Below are positions 1-12,551 of a stretch of DNA of 56,769 nucleotides, piece by piece; the stretch's first letter is position 1, and every line of letters starts with the position of its first letter. The notes under the pieces were generated by a model. The model did not search any database. It saw nothing but the letters and a program-made list of their open reading frames with translations, and was not told the DNA's origin. This stretch comes from Mesotaenium endlicherianum (taxonomy: Eukaryota). The position numbers and the translations under genes were made by a program. The stretch covers positions 1 through 56,769 of the forward strand of contig WELA01001339.1 in assembly GCA_009602735.1 (NCBI GenBank), read 5' to 3'.

Positions 1-435
1 CAGCGCACCCGCAGCTGCGCCCATCCAGGGCTCAGCCCCTGCCACGCACGTGCCGCCACTTGGCGCACGCGCATGGCCCGGCCCGGCCAGCACAGATCTG
101 GCGGTCGGACCAGCCACCCTCAGTCAGGGGGGGGCTATCCTGACTGCGCCACACGGCCGGATGACCTATCGCGGTGCCGACGGTCCACGCACGGCTACGC
201 ACAGCCAGGGCCTAAACCCTGGCTGCGCATAAAACCCCGGCAGCAGCCCAACGCAGGCTGCCGGGGGGTCGGTTAGCCCACGCATCCGGGGGAGGGCGCT
301 GCGATCTTCGCCCGGGGCAGCCGAGATAGACGGCGCCACTCGTCTAGTGACCCCGCCCTCGGCGCCAGCAGCCACCAGGGGGCGCCACCTGGCATCCTCC
401 TGGCAGCCCCGACCGCGCCAACACTGCAGCAATTG
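1..435. mobile_element. GC-rich segment, probably upstream part of the GC-rich retroelement interrupted by element A
   Basis: Same high-GC, CpG-rich composition as 9832-11770 and 17914-19265. Continuity cannot be proven because A's right junction lies in the N gap. Confidence 0.35.
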
Positions 436-1157
436 TGAAATGAATCGACTTACCAAATAGGCGATTAACAATTAATAAAGATCTTTATATCAGCAAGTAA
501 TCTTTATGGTATTTTTCGTTTACTGGTTAAACAGCAAAGGACAACACACTAGCAGTGAATAATACTCGTACGTCAAATGCGAGTAAACTAGCAGCAATAA
601 TGCAAATCAGTAAACTCGTACATAAGCAAGGTTAGAAGACAGTGCGTATCAATGGCTTCTCGCCTTGGATTCAGATCTCTCTCAGTAAGCTGTACAAGAG
701 AGTTGGCCTCGTTTCCGAATGCCAAACTCGAGAGCAATGCCTAGCATATATGTACATGGGATGAGTTTACTGTTCAACGGTTAGTGCGATGGCACCGCCT
801 ACCCGGGAGTTAACCACGTTAGTAGGACCTCGATTAACCAAATCCACCGCCATCTCCCATAATCCCGAACAGCCATCCATCATAGGGATGTCATCTGGCC
901 ATTCATCTAGCATATCGTGCTTAGGTGTATGTCAAGGCAGTTCGCTGCTACCGAGTACGGAAGTCAGCTGGCTGTCAAAGAATGGGTCAGCAAGCTGACT
1001 TATATGGACTTCAGCCTGCTGCTTCCGGCTGAGTCATTAAACTGATAATTATGTAAAGTCCAGCAGACTGACTATTAACTAAAGTTCAGCAGGCTGAACT
1101 TAATTAACTATTATATTTAAATGAATATTATATCCACTAATATACTGATTCATTACA
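436..1157 (-). repeat. 3' LTR of copy A (722 bp, TG...CA)
   Basis: TGAAATGAATC...GATTCATTACA termini; near-identical to 8656-9136. Confidence 0.95.
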
Positions 1158-1172
1158 ATCCCTCCAACTTAA
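1158..1172 (-). promoter_or_regulatory. Polypurine tract of copy A
   Basis: Minus strand TTAAGTTGGAGGGAT abutting the 3' LTR. Confidence 0.85.
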
Positions 1173-1269
1173 CTTGTTGTCGCCTCGACAACATTATACT
1201 GCAGAGCCATAAATAAAGGAACTGACCCTGACCAGCCTCCCCTACTGACTGTCTTTTCAGCCTGTCACC

Positions 1270-2946
1270 TTAAGGGGTTGTTCCTGGGGCTTCAGGATCA
1301 GGAGACGGAGATCTGGACCTAGATCTGGACAGCCCTCTAGGTCTGTCAGCTGGCCTTCTAAAGAACCCTGTTTGCTCTAAAGTTGGCCCTCGAGGAGAAC
1401 GGAGGATGGTGGCCTGCTCTTCAACCACTTGGGTGTTGATTCCCACATAGACAGGCATTCCAGTAGGATGCTGAAATACATTGGCTAGAGGTACATGCCC
1501 CTGAGCGGAGGGGGAGGCTGGCATACCTCTGGCCCACCCGCGTGTCCCTCTTCTGGCACCCCTGTCCTCTGGGGATTTCTGCCTGTGTCTGCTGCCCAAT
1601 ACAATCAGATCAGCTTCTTCCCCTGCTTGGGCACGTGGGCTGGGGGAGCGAGCACGGGGTCCAGTTGTCGCCATAACGGGGATCACATTCCAAACACCTG
1701 ATCGTGGTTCTTTAGGAAGCGCCCCTCCCTGTCCCTGAGTATCCTGAGTACCTGCTGCTGATGCTTCTCCTCTGCGCTGTTCTTCTTCCTCATCCTCCTC
1801 ATCCTCCTCCTCGGAGAGAGTAGGGGTCTCGTCCACTAAGTCGTCCTGCTCCCTAGTAGACATGGAGTAGTCCACCGACCTCCCTTTCTTAGGGCGCGCT
1901 GGAGGTTGCTTGGCCTTCAGCCTGCTGATATCTATCCGGCCTGCATTCTTTGCCCATTTGACAAAGGCATGCTTTCTCTTAGAGAAGTAGTCTCTTCCCC
2001 TCCTCCTATGCTCCTTGGTCTCTGCATTCATATTGCTCAGGCATCCATTCAGCCTGGGGTCCCAAGGGGCAATGTGAGGTGGTAGGATGAGATAGCCGTC
2101 TAGGCCATAGTGGAAGTCATCCGGTTGGGCTCGGTCACACTCCTGCTTCTTATTTGTGACGGTCATCCACCTCCAGTCTGTTGGCTGCTGGTAGTACTGG
2201 GGTCCGTGCTCAGCCTTCCTCAGTTTACACGGGAACCAGTGGGGAGAGAACATCTGCTGTCCTGCTTCCCTGGCCAAGTACTCCCAGCTCCTTCTCTCAA
2301 CTTCATCGTAAGCTGGCAGTAGTGTGAGGTAGACTACCGTATCCTTAAAGCTATCGGGCCGCATGCTCACCATCCGGATGAGTCTCTGATCTCCCACTAT
2401 TCCCGGTATGGGGACCGGCTTGTCCTCTGAATCATCTGCGAGATACCGGGCCTGCTCTGCTGTATAGCCCACCATCTTAGCATAATCTTCGTAAAGGACC
2501 ACGCCGGTGTGTGTCTCGATGTACCTGTCCAGTGCTGTAGCTCCTTCCTTCTGTAGCAGTGTTGTCTGTTCCAGCCTGTTGATCTCCTGGGCTGCCAGCA
2601 ATGCTTCCTTCAGGTTGTCGAAGTTTTGGCCACCCACCACAGTATACCTGTAAGTGGCCAAGCTCTTCTGTCTGTCCGCTTCAATCTTTTTCCTTTTCTC
2701 CTCTTCTGCCGCTGCCGCTTCTTCTTGCTGTTTCTTCTGTCTCTCCTCCTCAGCCTTCCTGAGGTTTTCCGCTTCCTGATCCTTCTTCCTCTGTGCCTCT
2801 TCTGCCGCCTCTTGTTGTCTGCGGACCCTTTCTTGTTCTCTCCTGGTGAGGGACGTCGCCGCCAGCTCCTTCTGGTATTGCTCCATTTTCCTCCTGGCTT
2901 CTTCTGCCTTGCGCTTTCTGTCCTCCTTTTGTGTGGTGGGCGCCAT
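1270..2946 (-). CDS. Extra sense ORF3 of family A (env position), unknown function: coiled-coil N-terminus, conserved Trp/Tyr-rich core, acidic and RS-rich tail
   Basis: Uninterrupted ORF between pol stop and PPT; homologous to 31576-33243 and the D pseudogene. ATG 2946 chosen because it follows the conserved CAG|G acceptor. Confidence 0.85.
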   Translation of the reverse strand: MAPTTQKEDRKRKAEEARRKMEQYQKELAATSLTRREQERVRRQQEAAEEAQRKKDQEAENLRKAEEERQKKQQEEAAAAEEEKRKKIEADRQKSLATYRYTVVGGQNFDNLKEALLAAQEINRLEQTTLLQKEGATALDRYIETHTGVVLYEDYAKMVGYTAEQARYLADDSEDKPVPIPGIVGDQRLIRMVSMRPDSFKDTVVYLTLLPAYDEVERRSWEYLAREAGQQMFSPHWFPCKLRKAEHGPQYYQQPTDWRWMTVTNKKQECDRAQPDDFHYGLDGYLILPPHIAPWDPRLNGCLSNMNAETKEHRRRGRDYFSKRKHAFVKWAKNAGRIDISRLKAKQPPARPKKGRSVDYSMSTREQDDLVDETPTLSEEEDEEDEEEEQRRGEASAAGTQDTQGQGGALPKEPRSGVWNVIPVMATTGPRARSPSPRAQAGEEADLIVLGSRHRQKSPEDRGARRGTRGWARGMPASPSAQGHVPLANVFQHPTGMPVYVGINTQVVEEQATILRSPRGPTLEQTGFFRRPADRPRGLSRSRSRSPSPDPEAPGTTP

Positions 2947-2947
2947 C

Positions 2948-3049
2948 CTGTGCATGTCACCAGGGCACAAGTTAGTAGGATATGGACCTTTGTCATAGGG
3001 ATTGAAGGAAGTATGTTAGTAATAGTATAGTGGATTCGCTGCTGTTTAC
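2948..3049 (-). other. Putative 102-nt 5'UTR intron of ORF3 (copy A)
   Basis: AAG|GTAAAC donor, TACTAAC branch point (2971-2977), CAG|GATG acceptor. Confidence 0.65.
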
Positions 3050-3339
3050 CTTACACGATGATTGCTAAAAGTTGACGTAGTTGCGATGCGTTAAACATAA
3101 ACGTATGATTATGTTTTAGGGTGACTTAAGTGATGTAGTATTGTTGTGCGAGGCCCTTTTTCCTTCAGCTCAAGGTGCTTTAGGTGGGCCAGGCTGTCCC
3201 CTCTGTCACTATGCTGACACTTAGGATTCACGTAACTGTCCTTTTATCGCTCTCGCTCACTAACTGTCATATATTTTCCCCTCCAACTTAAATGGAGACA
3301 GGACCGCCTGTCACCTTCCCGTGTCAACTGAAATGACAG

Positions 3340-6300
3340 TTATGGAGGGACTCCAGCGGCCCGAAGGTGGAACCGTTTCAACGCCCCTTTGGCATTGGTC
3401 AAATGGTCCTTAAACTCCCAAGTGTCCCCAGAGGCGTCATAACCCTTCCATCGAATGAGGTATCTCATGACATATTTAGACGATCGACGGACCGAGCGAG
3501 CGTCTAAAATCTCATCGACCTCATATTCCTCAGGGTCGCCGTCCCGGACAGCGGGGACTGGTCCCGGTTGGACAGGTAACCGACCTGTGAACAGTGTATC
3601 ACCTTTGACGTATGGTTCCAAGAAGGAGACATTAAAGACCGGGTGACCCTTGTATTCAGCTGACATTTTCAGTTTGTAAGCATTTTGACCGATACGACGT
3701 ACCACCGAATAGGGACCGACCCAGACAGGGCCAAGCTTTTTCTTGACCACACCAGGGAGGTACAGGTGCTGAGAATGCAGTTTGACTAAATCCCCCTTGG
3801 AAATTGTCAGTTCCCGACGGTGTTAATTAGCGTATTTTTGTTGGTTTTCTTGGGCCTTGTGTAGGTTTCGTTGGACGTCTGACAGGGTGTCAGCAAATTC
3901 CTGAGTTAACTGGAAGGAGACCGGGTTGTCAATCCCTTCAGGGCAAGTTAAAGACTCCCCCACTACATCTAAAGGAGACTTAGGAACTCTACCCAAGCTA
4001 AGTTCAAAAGGAGTCTTGCCCGTTGACGCGTGCACCGCACTGTTGACCGCAAACTGAATTTGAGGCAACAGGTCATCCCAATTTTCTTGTTTTTGGTTAA
4101 TATATGCTCTCAGCACCTCCTGCAGAACTCGGTTAGTTCTTTCAGTCTGCCCATCAGTCTGAGGGTGGTTTGCTGTGCTGAGCAGCTGTTTGACTCCCAT
4201 TAACCCCATTAAAGCTCTCCAGAACTTAGAGGTGAATTTTGAGTCTCTGTCTGAGATGATATTAGACGGGAGCCCATGTTGGCATACTACATGGTTGTAA
4301 AATTGTCTCGCTGTTTCGAGTGCAGTCACTTAGACGGTTGTGAGGATAAAAATGACCCTTTTTGTCAGTTTATCCACGACTACCAGTATTGAATAATGCC
4401 CATTGGCAGTTCTTGGTAGTGAGACCACCCAGTCCATGGATATAGTTTCCCAGCATCCAGCTGGGATGGGCAGCGGTTGCAAGAGACCTCCGGGTGGTGT
4501 GTGCCGAGACTTATTCCTCTGACACTGGTCACAGGACTTGACATATTTCAAGACCTCCCGGGGTAACCCCTCCCAATGATAATGTTTTGCCAGTTTGCCA
4601 ACAGTTTTGGCCTGCCCCAAATGTCCACCCAGGAGACTGTCATGAGCTTGACTCAGTAAGAGAGACCTTATTTCCAAATTATTAGGAATGACCAGCTTCA
4701 NTTAGGAATGACCAGCTTCAGCCTCCCGGAAGTGGTTTCAGTCACCAGACCCCTCCCTTAAGCTTATACCCGAGTGTAGTAGCACGACACACACCAGTAG
4801 TGGGGCTGGGCTCAAATGTTGGGTCAGATAGGTAGGCTTTCCTAAGTTGGTCAAGGAAGGACTTTTCACCTTTAGTGAAGTGAGTGCACACAGGACTTTA
4901 TCTACAGCCTGCTGACTAAAATTCCGTTCTTGCAAGTCAGGTCTTCTAGAGAGTGCATCAGCAGGATTCAACTTCCCTGGTATGTAGTCGATCTGGACTT
5001 GGAACTGCTCCAGCATCTGGCTCCAGCGGTTCTCCCTCCTCGACAGCTTGGACTTCTTCTGAAAGTGGGTCAGAGCTAGATGATATGTAATCACCTTAAA
5101 AGCTTTACCATGTAAGTATGCTCTCCACTGTTTGAGTACATGAATGATAGCTAGCAGCTCTTGCACTCAATAATTAATCTCCGCTGGATTAAATTTCATA
5201 GACTCGTACAACACAGGGTGCCACTCCTGCCGTACCTTACCATCCTTTGTGGTCTTGTCGGCAGGCTGCAACAGAATAGCACCCATGGCAAAGTGAGAGG
5301 CATCAGTGACCACCTGTACGGGTTTGCTGGGGTCATACACGGCTAGCACTAGGGCAGAACAAAGGGCATCTTTAAGGGTCTGGAAGGCAGCCTGCTGCTC
5401 TTCCCCCCACACATACCCAATGTCTTTCTTAGTAAGGTCAGTCAGTTTACTGGCCTTTGTGGAATAATTCTCAATAAATCTCCTATAGTAGTTAGCCAAC
5501 CCGAGGAAGGATCTAACTTCAGAGACAGACTGTGGTACTGGCCAGTCCCTTATGGTCTGGACTTTCTTAGGATCCACACCGATGCCCTCTTTACTGACAA
5601 CGTGGCCTAAGAATTCAATGCTTTCCTTAAAGAAATCACACTTGCTCATTTTAGCATATAAGTGATTTTTCAGCAGAGTGTCCAGAGCTGTCTTTAAGTG
5701 GTCAGTGTGCTGAGCTTCATCTTTAGAGAAAATTAAAATATCATCCCGGAAAACTTGCACAAACTTATCCAAATAAGGTCTGAAAATGTCATTCATAGCA
5801 CCCATGAAGGTAGCAGGAGCATTAGCCATTGCAAATGGCATCACGTTGAACTCATAGTGTCCATAACGTGTGCGGAAGGCAGTCTTGTGTTCATCCCCCT
5901 CAGCAATTCTGATTTGATGATAACCACTCTTGAGATCTATCTTACTGAACACCTTAGCACCAGACAGGGTATCAAGCAAGTCCTCGATTCTGGGTAAAGC
6001 ATACTTGTTCTTTACTGTAATTCTGTTCAGGGCTCTGTAATCCACACACATCCGCATACTGCCATCCTTTTTCTTAACAAATAGGATGGGTGCGCCGTAA
6101 GGTGATTTACTGGGAGAAATATAACCATTTTCCTCAAGCTCTGCAATCTGTGTTTTCAACTCCTCGCTCTCCACATAAGACAAGCCATACGTGCGTTGCC
6201 AAGGTGGCTGACTCCCAGGTAATAGATCAATCCTATGATCTACTTCCCTCTTAGGGGGTAGTCCTGGAGGCATATTAAATACATCCGTGTACTGAGCAAC

Positions 6301-7168
6301 AATTTTTGCAGCAGTAGGGTGCTCCGGAGGGCTTACCTTTTTCTCAACCACTTCTTCAGGTTGAGGAGGTACCTCTCTTAGCAGCAGACAGAACATTCTG
6401 TCTTCCTTCTGGTTCCAGCTTTTGACGAACTCCATTGCATTCAGCAACTTGCATCCTTCTGGAAACCTCTTCTTTTCCTTCATTTGCTATCCACACAGGA
6501 CAAGAGGAAGAGCACTGGTGGGTGCCAAGTTAGTCTGCCCATCACTGGCTCCTCTCACTTTAACTGTACCTCTGCTCCAACACACTTCAGCTTGATGTCT
6601 ATTAAGCCAGGACCTGCCTAGCACGAGATCATAAAAGCCAGTGTTGAGTACCTCAAATGTAAGCGTTTCAGTTAGAACTGCAATGCCAGAACCTAACTGG
6701 ACCTCAATAGGCTTGGTTATAACTCCTCCCGGGATACTTGAGGCATCTCCAAGGAATATTTTTCTATTCCCTTGGGTGACAGTAGGCAGCCTTAGCCGCT
6801 TAACTAAGTCCTTGTGGATAAAAGTATGTGACGCCCCTCCNCCCTCTGTCAACAAATGCCCTCCCCTTCCTACTTGCAATCATGCAATGCAGTAGGATAG
6901 GGGGGATTGTCTTTTCCTGACTTTCGCATTGTTCTCCTGACTTAGCAAAGAAATGTTGGACATCAGGTGGAACAAGAGCATCCAGAGTGTGCACTCTCTG
7001 GACGTCTATATTGCTGATGGTCTCCTTTATCTGGTTGTCAGGCATGCATAGTGAATCCAGTTCAGCAGGACCCATAATACCTGCTACGAGGGCAGCTAGT
7101 GACGACTCACTATCTCTAGCATCCTCACAGTCAGTAGACTGGATTACTGACTGTTGCTGTCTTTTAAA
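3340..7168 (-). pseudogene. pol: pol of copy A (protease, RT, RNase H, integrase, chromodomain), disrupted
   Basis: [12 protein letters not shown] and FRDD (mutated xxDD), RH VTDAS, IN zinc finger and DDE core, chromodomain YEVDEIL..YLIRWKGY. Stops at ~6487, 5167, 4330, 3823 and a frameshift near 4860. Confidence 0.93.
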
Positions 7169-8621
7169 GGCTGGTCTTTTCTCTCGACCTTAGGCAGGTG
7201 CTTGATCGGACACTGTTCTCTGTAGTGGCCTTTCTGCTGACAATGGTAGCAAGTAGATTTTGCTGAGGCTGGTCTCGGCTTAGTCCTACCACCACCCCTT
7301 CCATAGCCACCTGGAGAGGAACCACCTCTACCTCTAGACTGTATGGCATTATACTCATACTCATATCCATCACCCTGATCATCCTCAGCCTGGTCTCCTT
7401 CGATTGCATTGTAGGAACCGTGGGGCTTTTTGACAATCTTAGACACCAAAGCATTACTTTGGCGCTTGTGATTGAATTGCTTCTGTTCCCAGGCGTCAGC
7501 ATCCTGGATCAAGTCAGCCAGTTTCTCATACTTTTTCTCAGCAAAATGACCAGAGACCTCGGATTTCAAGCCATACCTGAAGTATGCTATCCTATACCGT
7601 TCTGGCAAATCAGGCTGCTTCATCATGTTCTCTTGGAACTTTTGAGCAAACTCAGCAACTGAAGTGGTCTGCTTCAGTGTCAGGGAGATCATCGCATAGA
7701 TAGCTTTCTCCTGCTGGTTGATGACATCAAACTTCTCATGCAGCTTCTCGACAAACTCTACCCACGTAGGGTCACCGAGTTGCCGAGCCTTACGCTCTTC
7801 CTTCCAGTAAAGCCACCAGTCTGCGGCACTGCCTTTCAGTAGCGCACCGGTGTGCCTGACCTTCTCGTAATCTTGCAGTTCTGGGTAGTTCTCCAGCCAC
7901 TGCTCAACATCCGCGAGAAACTTGATCAGGTAATATTTTCTGTTTCCCTCAGGATCATAGTCCTGGGGAGGTTTCGGCTTGGGCTTACTAGGCCCTCGGC
8001 CACCACCACTAGTGGTGTGAGACCCCAGTTGGTCTCTGTCCCGCAGTAGGGACATTATGATTCTTTTGTCCTCCTGCTAGGACTGATACTGGTCGCCATT
8101 TGCGACTGCATCTGAACGAACAATGCTCCTAAGTCTACACTCTGGGGTGGTAGATTAGCAAACGCAGTAGCAGCATTGGCATCTACTCGCTGAGTAGTGT
8201 CCTCAACAATCCCTCTCGCTCCTGCAGCAGCAATTCCTGCCGCATTCAGCCGGTCACGTATTTGACCTAGGGGTACATTGAGTTGTACAGGAGGAGGTGG
8301 GTTCAGAACATTAGCCCGTGATGCCATAAGTTCTTCAACAGTGCGCTCGTCAGCTGGCTGTCCTTCCCTCCTTTTTGTATCTTCAGCGGCCTTTGCTACT
8401 TGTTCAGCTTCTAATCTGGCTCTTTCCTCCTCAGCTTGCTGTACTGCGACTGCGGCTATAGCAGCTGCCTCATCTGCAGCCTCTCTAGCTGCAGTATCTG
8501 CCACTGCTTCTGAATAGGTACGGGTTCCCGCTACATGGCTTTCCGCCTCGTTTTCGACATTCTCGTTATCCTGGTTCTCCATGTCTCGGGAGTTGCTAGT
8601 TTGAGACCTTGTCCTTACCAT
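7144..8621 (-). pseudogene. gag: gag of copy A, frameshifted near 8090
   Basis: Co-linear with the intact gag of copy C; a 1-nt deletion (ATGTAT to AGTAT) splits it into ORFs 8055-8621 and 7144-8055; knuckle CYHCQQKGHYREQC. Confidence 0.9.
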
Positions 8622-8642
8622 ACAAAGAAGACTGTGATAATC

Positions 8643-8654
8643 GCTCCGATACCA
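8643..8654 (-). promoter_or_regulatory. Primer binding site (tRNA-iMet type)
   Basis: TGGTATCGGAGC one base from the LTR end. Confidence 0.9.
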
Positions 8655-8655
8655 C

Positions 8656-9136
8656 TGAAATGAATCGACTTACCAAATAGGCGTTTAACAATTAATAAAG
8701 ATCTTCATATCAGCAAGTAATCTTTATGGTATTTTCCGTTTACTGGTTAAACGGCAAAGGACAACACACTAGCAGTGAATAATACTCGTACGTCAAATGC
8801 GAGTAAACTAGCAGCAATAATGCAAATCAGTAAACTCGTACATAAGCAAGGTTAGAAGACAGTGCGTATCAATGGCTTCTCGGCTTGGATTCAGATCTCT
8901 CTCAGTAAGCTGTACAAGAGAGTCGGCCTCGTTTCCGAATGCCGAACTCGAGAGCAATGCCTAGCATATATGTACATGGGATGAGTATACTGTTCAACGG
9001 TCAGCGCGATGGCACCGCCTACCCGGGAGTTAACCACGTTGGTAGGACCTCGGTTAACCAAATCCACCGCCATCTCCCATCATCCCGAATAGCCATCCAT
9101 CATAGGGATGTCATCTGGCCATTCATCTAGCATATC
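8656..9136 (-). repeat. 5' LTR of copy A (partial, cut by gap)
   Basis: Matches 436-916. Confidence 0.93.
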
Positions 9137-9831
9137 NNNNNNNNNNNNNNNNNNNNNNNNNNNNNNNNNNNNNNNNNNNNNNNNNNNNNNNNNNNNNNNN
9201 NNNNNNNNNNNNNNNNNNNNNNNNNNNNNNNNNNNNNNNNNNNNNNNNNNNNNNNNNNNNNNNNNNNNNNNNNNNNNNNNNNNNNNNNNNNNNNNNNNNN
9301 NNNNNNNNNNNNNNNNNNNNNNNNNNNNNNNNNNNNNNNNNNNNNNNNNNNNNNNNNNNNNNNNNNNNNNNNNNNNNNNNNNNNNNNNNNNNNNNNNNNN
9401 NNNNNNNNNNNNNNNNNNNNNNNNNNNNNNNNNNNNNNNNNNNNNNNNNNNNNNNNNNNNNNNNNNNNNNNNNNNNNNNNNNNNNNNNNNNNNNNNNNNN
9501 NNNNNNNNNNNNNNNNNNNNNNNNNNNNNNNNNNNNNNNNNNNNNNNNNNNNNNNNNNNNNNNNNNNNNNNNNNNNNNNNNNNNNNNNNNNNNNNNNNNN
9601 NNNNNNNNNNNNNNNNNNNNNNNNNNNNNNNNNNNNNNNNNNNNNNNNNNNNNNNNNNNNNNNNNNNNNNNNNNNNNNNNNNNNNNNNNNNNNNNNNNNN
9701 NNNNNNNNNNNNNNNNNNNNNNNNNNNNNNNNNNNNNNNNNNNNNNNNNNNNNNNNNNNNNNNNNNNNNNNNNNNNNNNNNNNNNNNNNNNNNNNNNNNN
9801 NNNNNNNNNNNNNNNNNNNNNNNNNNNNNNN
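9137..9831. other. Assembly gap
   Basis: Run of N. Confidence 1.
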
Positions 9832-9949
9832 GCAGCCACTCGGCAACCGCTCCGTAGTCGGGCGCGCGAGCCGCGAGCACACGCTCGCTGCACCGGCCAG
9901 TCGGCCCGTTGTTCCGCAGAAGCGCGTCGAGCCAGACCAGGGACGCCGG

Positions 9950-10789
9950 GTGGAGGAGGCACCGCAGCTGCCTCGTTCCTTCCGCATCCTGGAGCCTTCC
10001 ACGACCTCAGCAAAGCCGACGCCACATGCGCTCGCTTCACCTATGACGACGGTACAGCTCAGCGCGGAGGTCATCTCTCTGGCACTGCACCGCATGCCGG
10101 CGGTCTCTTTTGCAGAGCTCGGCGTCTCCATGGAGGCAACGAGGCAGGCCGCTCAGCTGATGCTCCAGTCACGCAGAGCCACGCTGCGCACCGCCGCCAG
10201 GAGGACAACGGCCGACGCCGCCACCGCGGTGCGATCCACGCCCGCGCGCCCTGCGCATGAGCGCAGGATGATCAGCACTCCTAACGCTGCGTTTTTGGAT
10301 AATTCGCAGGGGATCGTGCTCGTCAACACCCAGGCGCCGCAGCGCATCATGTTTGACACAAGAGCGCAGCCGGTTCTCATCAGCCTCCGCTACTTCCGTC
10401 AGCTGGGACTCTCTTCCGCTGACTTGGAGGACTCGCCGACGCGTATTAACACCGCCGCCGGCACATCCAAGACCGTCGCCGGCCGCACGAGGTTGGCACT
10501 ACTGTTCACTCTGCGCCCAGGCACGGCAGACAAGACAACCATCCATCGGCACGCACTCGTCACTCCTTCCGAGTCCTTCGATGTGCTCCTAGGGCAGGAC
10601 GTGCTCTTTCCCATTGGCGCCGCGGTCGACAACTGGGCAGAGCGCGTCTTCTATTGTCCCGAATGGAGGACAGGGGGGACGCGCACCGCATCCTTGCCCC
10701 TTGACATTGTCAATCGCCGCCCAGCAGTGTCTGCTCTTTATGGCTTCATGGGGGCTGGACGATGGCCGGCCAGTGGTCAAGACCGATAA
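9950..10789 (+). pseudogene. Retropepsin-like aspartic protease region of the GC-rich retroelement
   Basis: IMFDTRAQPVLIS (degenerate DTG catalytic motif) and FDVLLG C-terminal motif; continues into low-complexity frame 10614-11450. Confidence 0.7.
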
Positions 10790-11770
10790 GGACGGGCCCG
10801 AGGACGAGGAGATCTCTGTGGGGGTGGACCTGCTCGAGTCACAGGACGAGGAGCCGGACCTACCTAGTGCCGAGCTCCATCTCACGCCGCAGCAGCAGGC
10901 GGATGTCCTGGCAGCCCAGGCCAGGGAGCAGATCCGCATCTGCACTGCCCACAGCGCGATGATGCGGCAGATGGCGGAGGATGCCACTGAGGCCCTCGCC
11001 ACAGCCAGCACAACCATCGCTGCCGCCGCCCTTGCCCGCGGTGCGGTCGCAGCGCCTACGACTCATCAGGGGGGGGTCTCGGCCTCTCGAGGCGAACCGT
11101 CCGCGAGGACCGACGTCCGCGTTCGCCACGACGTGCCTGTTGGCGTGGCCATTCAGTACAGTATGGACTCTCAGCCGCCCCCGCACGACACCTCGCATCA
11201 GACCGGCGAGACCTGGCCTCGCCCCACGGCATCCAAAGACGAGGCCATGCGGCAGGCAGCTTATCCTGGCAGATCCGACGACCAATCCCTCAAAAGTGAG
11301 GAGGAGACGCAGTGGGAACGACTGCCAGAGGCTTCCGTCGAGGTCCTCAGCGCGGCGCCACCCGAGGAGCCCCCGCTAGCTGCGCCTACAACACGCAGCA
11401 GCGCACACCTACTGGTCCGCCCGGCTTCAGCGCACCCAGCCAGCCCATGACTCACGACTGGCCCAGCAGGGCTCGCACCGACGCCGCTGGACCCAGCCGA
11501 CCAGTGTCACACGACTGCTCAACGAGCCACGAGTGTCGCCGCATCGCGCATTTGTTTGCGACGAGCCGGGCTGCCGCGGCCTCCTCTAGCGCTGGCACAC
11601 ACTCCATACAGCAGACAGCGCCCAGGCTCAGCGTCCGCGAGCCACACCGCACGACCCCGTCTATCTGCGCCCATCTGACCTACGCACATCGCACTTGGCC
11701 GACCATCGGACCCTCTGTAGCAATACGAACGAAAAGGTAACTCGAGGTACTTTGATCGCGCGCCAATTGT

Positions 11771-12514
11771 TGTAAGGTCATAGGTTTATGAAGTGCATTT
11801 TTGAGTATCATGAAAGTATGTTTTGATTGTATAGTAGTGTAGAGTGCATTTTTGTGGTCATTTTGATATAAAGTTCATCGAATTTGGTCAAGTATTGAGA
11901 GAGTTATGGATTTCCGAAGTTTAATTAGTTTTGAGGTCGGTTGACGACTGTCCTTAATTCGCGGTGAGCGCGACCGTCGGATTGACCGACAGCGTCGAGC
12001 GATCTGGCCCGTTAGAATGAACTCGAACCTTCACGTAAGTTCGGCTGACGCGGAGTGCCGACTAGGTCGATTTACCTAGAAGTTTCGGTTTAGCCTAGCG
12101 CGTCTAAGATAGAATATTCTAGTAATGTCGATGCATGTATGTGGACGTCAATTCGGCCCGACACGTCAGATTAGACTGATCTGGCTTACTCACGAATATT
12201 CTGGAAGGGACGATTTGACGAACACTTAGGAAAATCCGTAGCTTCCTCCTAGGGAGGAGCACTTAGGCAGAAAATTATAAATAGGCATAACTTCTTTGTT
12301 TCTTATCAGTTTTCACTTCTGTAAATTTCTACGGGTTTGTAATGACAAGGCCTTTCATCCTACATCATTTGTGAGCAGTTTCCTGCTACTCAAAATGTTG
12401 AGTAATTTTCCTAAGCTTTGTTAGTGATATGCCGCTGCACTCTCTAGTATGATGGCAACTAGTTCCTTTCCTCGTGAGTCACTACGCTTCCACTAGGGCA
12501 CTCTGCCCCTTTCA
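11771..12514 (+). repeat. 5' LTR of B
   Basis: TGTAAGG...CCTTTCA; one difference seen versus the 3' LTR. Confidence 0.96.
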
Positions 12515-12516
12515 TC

Positions 12517-12528
12517 TGGTATCGGAGC
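12517..12528 (+). promoter_or_regulatory. PBS (tRNA-iMet type) of B
   Basis: TGGTATCGGAGC. Confidence 0.9.
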
Positions 12529-12551
12529 AGGGCTAGTTTGCATATTATATT

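Larger units (their letters stand above)
436..9136 (-). mobile_element. Ty3/gypsy chromovirus, family A, copy A (LTR-gag-pol-extra ORF-LTR); 5' LTR runs into N gap
   Basis: Direct-repeat LTRs at 436 and 8656, PBS, PPT, gag with CCHC knuckle, PR-RT-RH-IN-chromodomain order. Left flank AATTG (431-435) is the presumed TSD. Confidence 0.95.

Noticed and set aside
789..998. Recurrent small ORFs in family-A LTRs (MAPPTRELTT..., ...DGTAYPGVNHVGRT...)
   Set aside because: They recur only because the LTR recurs; starts and stops vary between copies and they are antisense to the element
1270..2946. ORF3 as a true envelope glycoprotein
   Set aside because: No signal peptide, fusion peptide or transmembrane helix; highly charged throughout
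4682..4720. 19-bp tandem duplication TTAGGAATGACCAGCTTCA in A pol (also CCCTC at ~6841)
   Set aside because: Each is centred on a single N, indicating contig-join overlap rather than biology
9080..10131. Long ORFs spanning 9137-9831 (and 28965-29447)
   Set aside because: Artefacts of translating through N gaps
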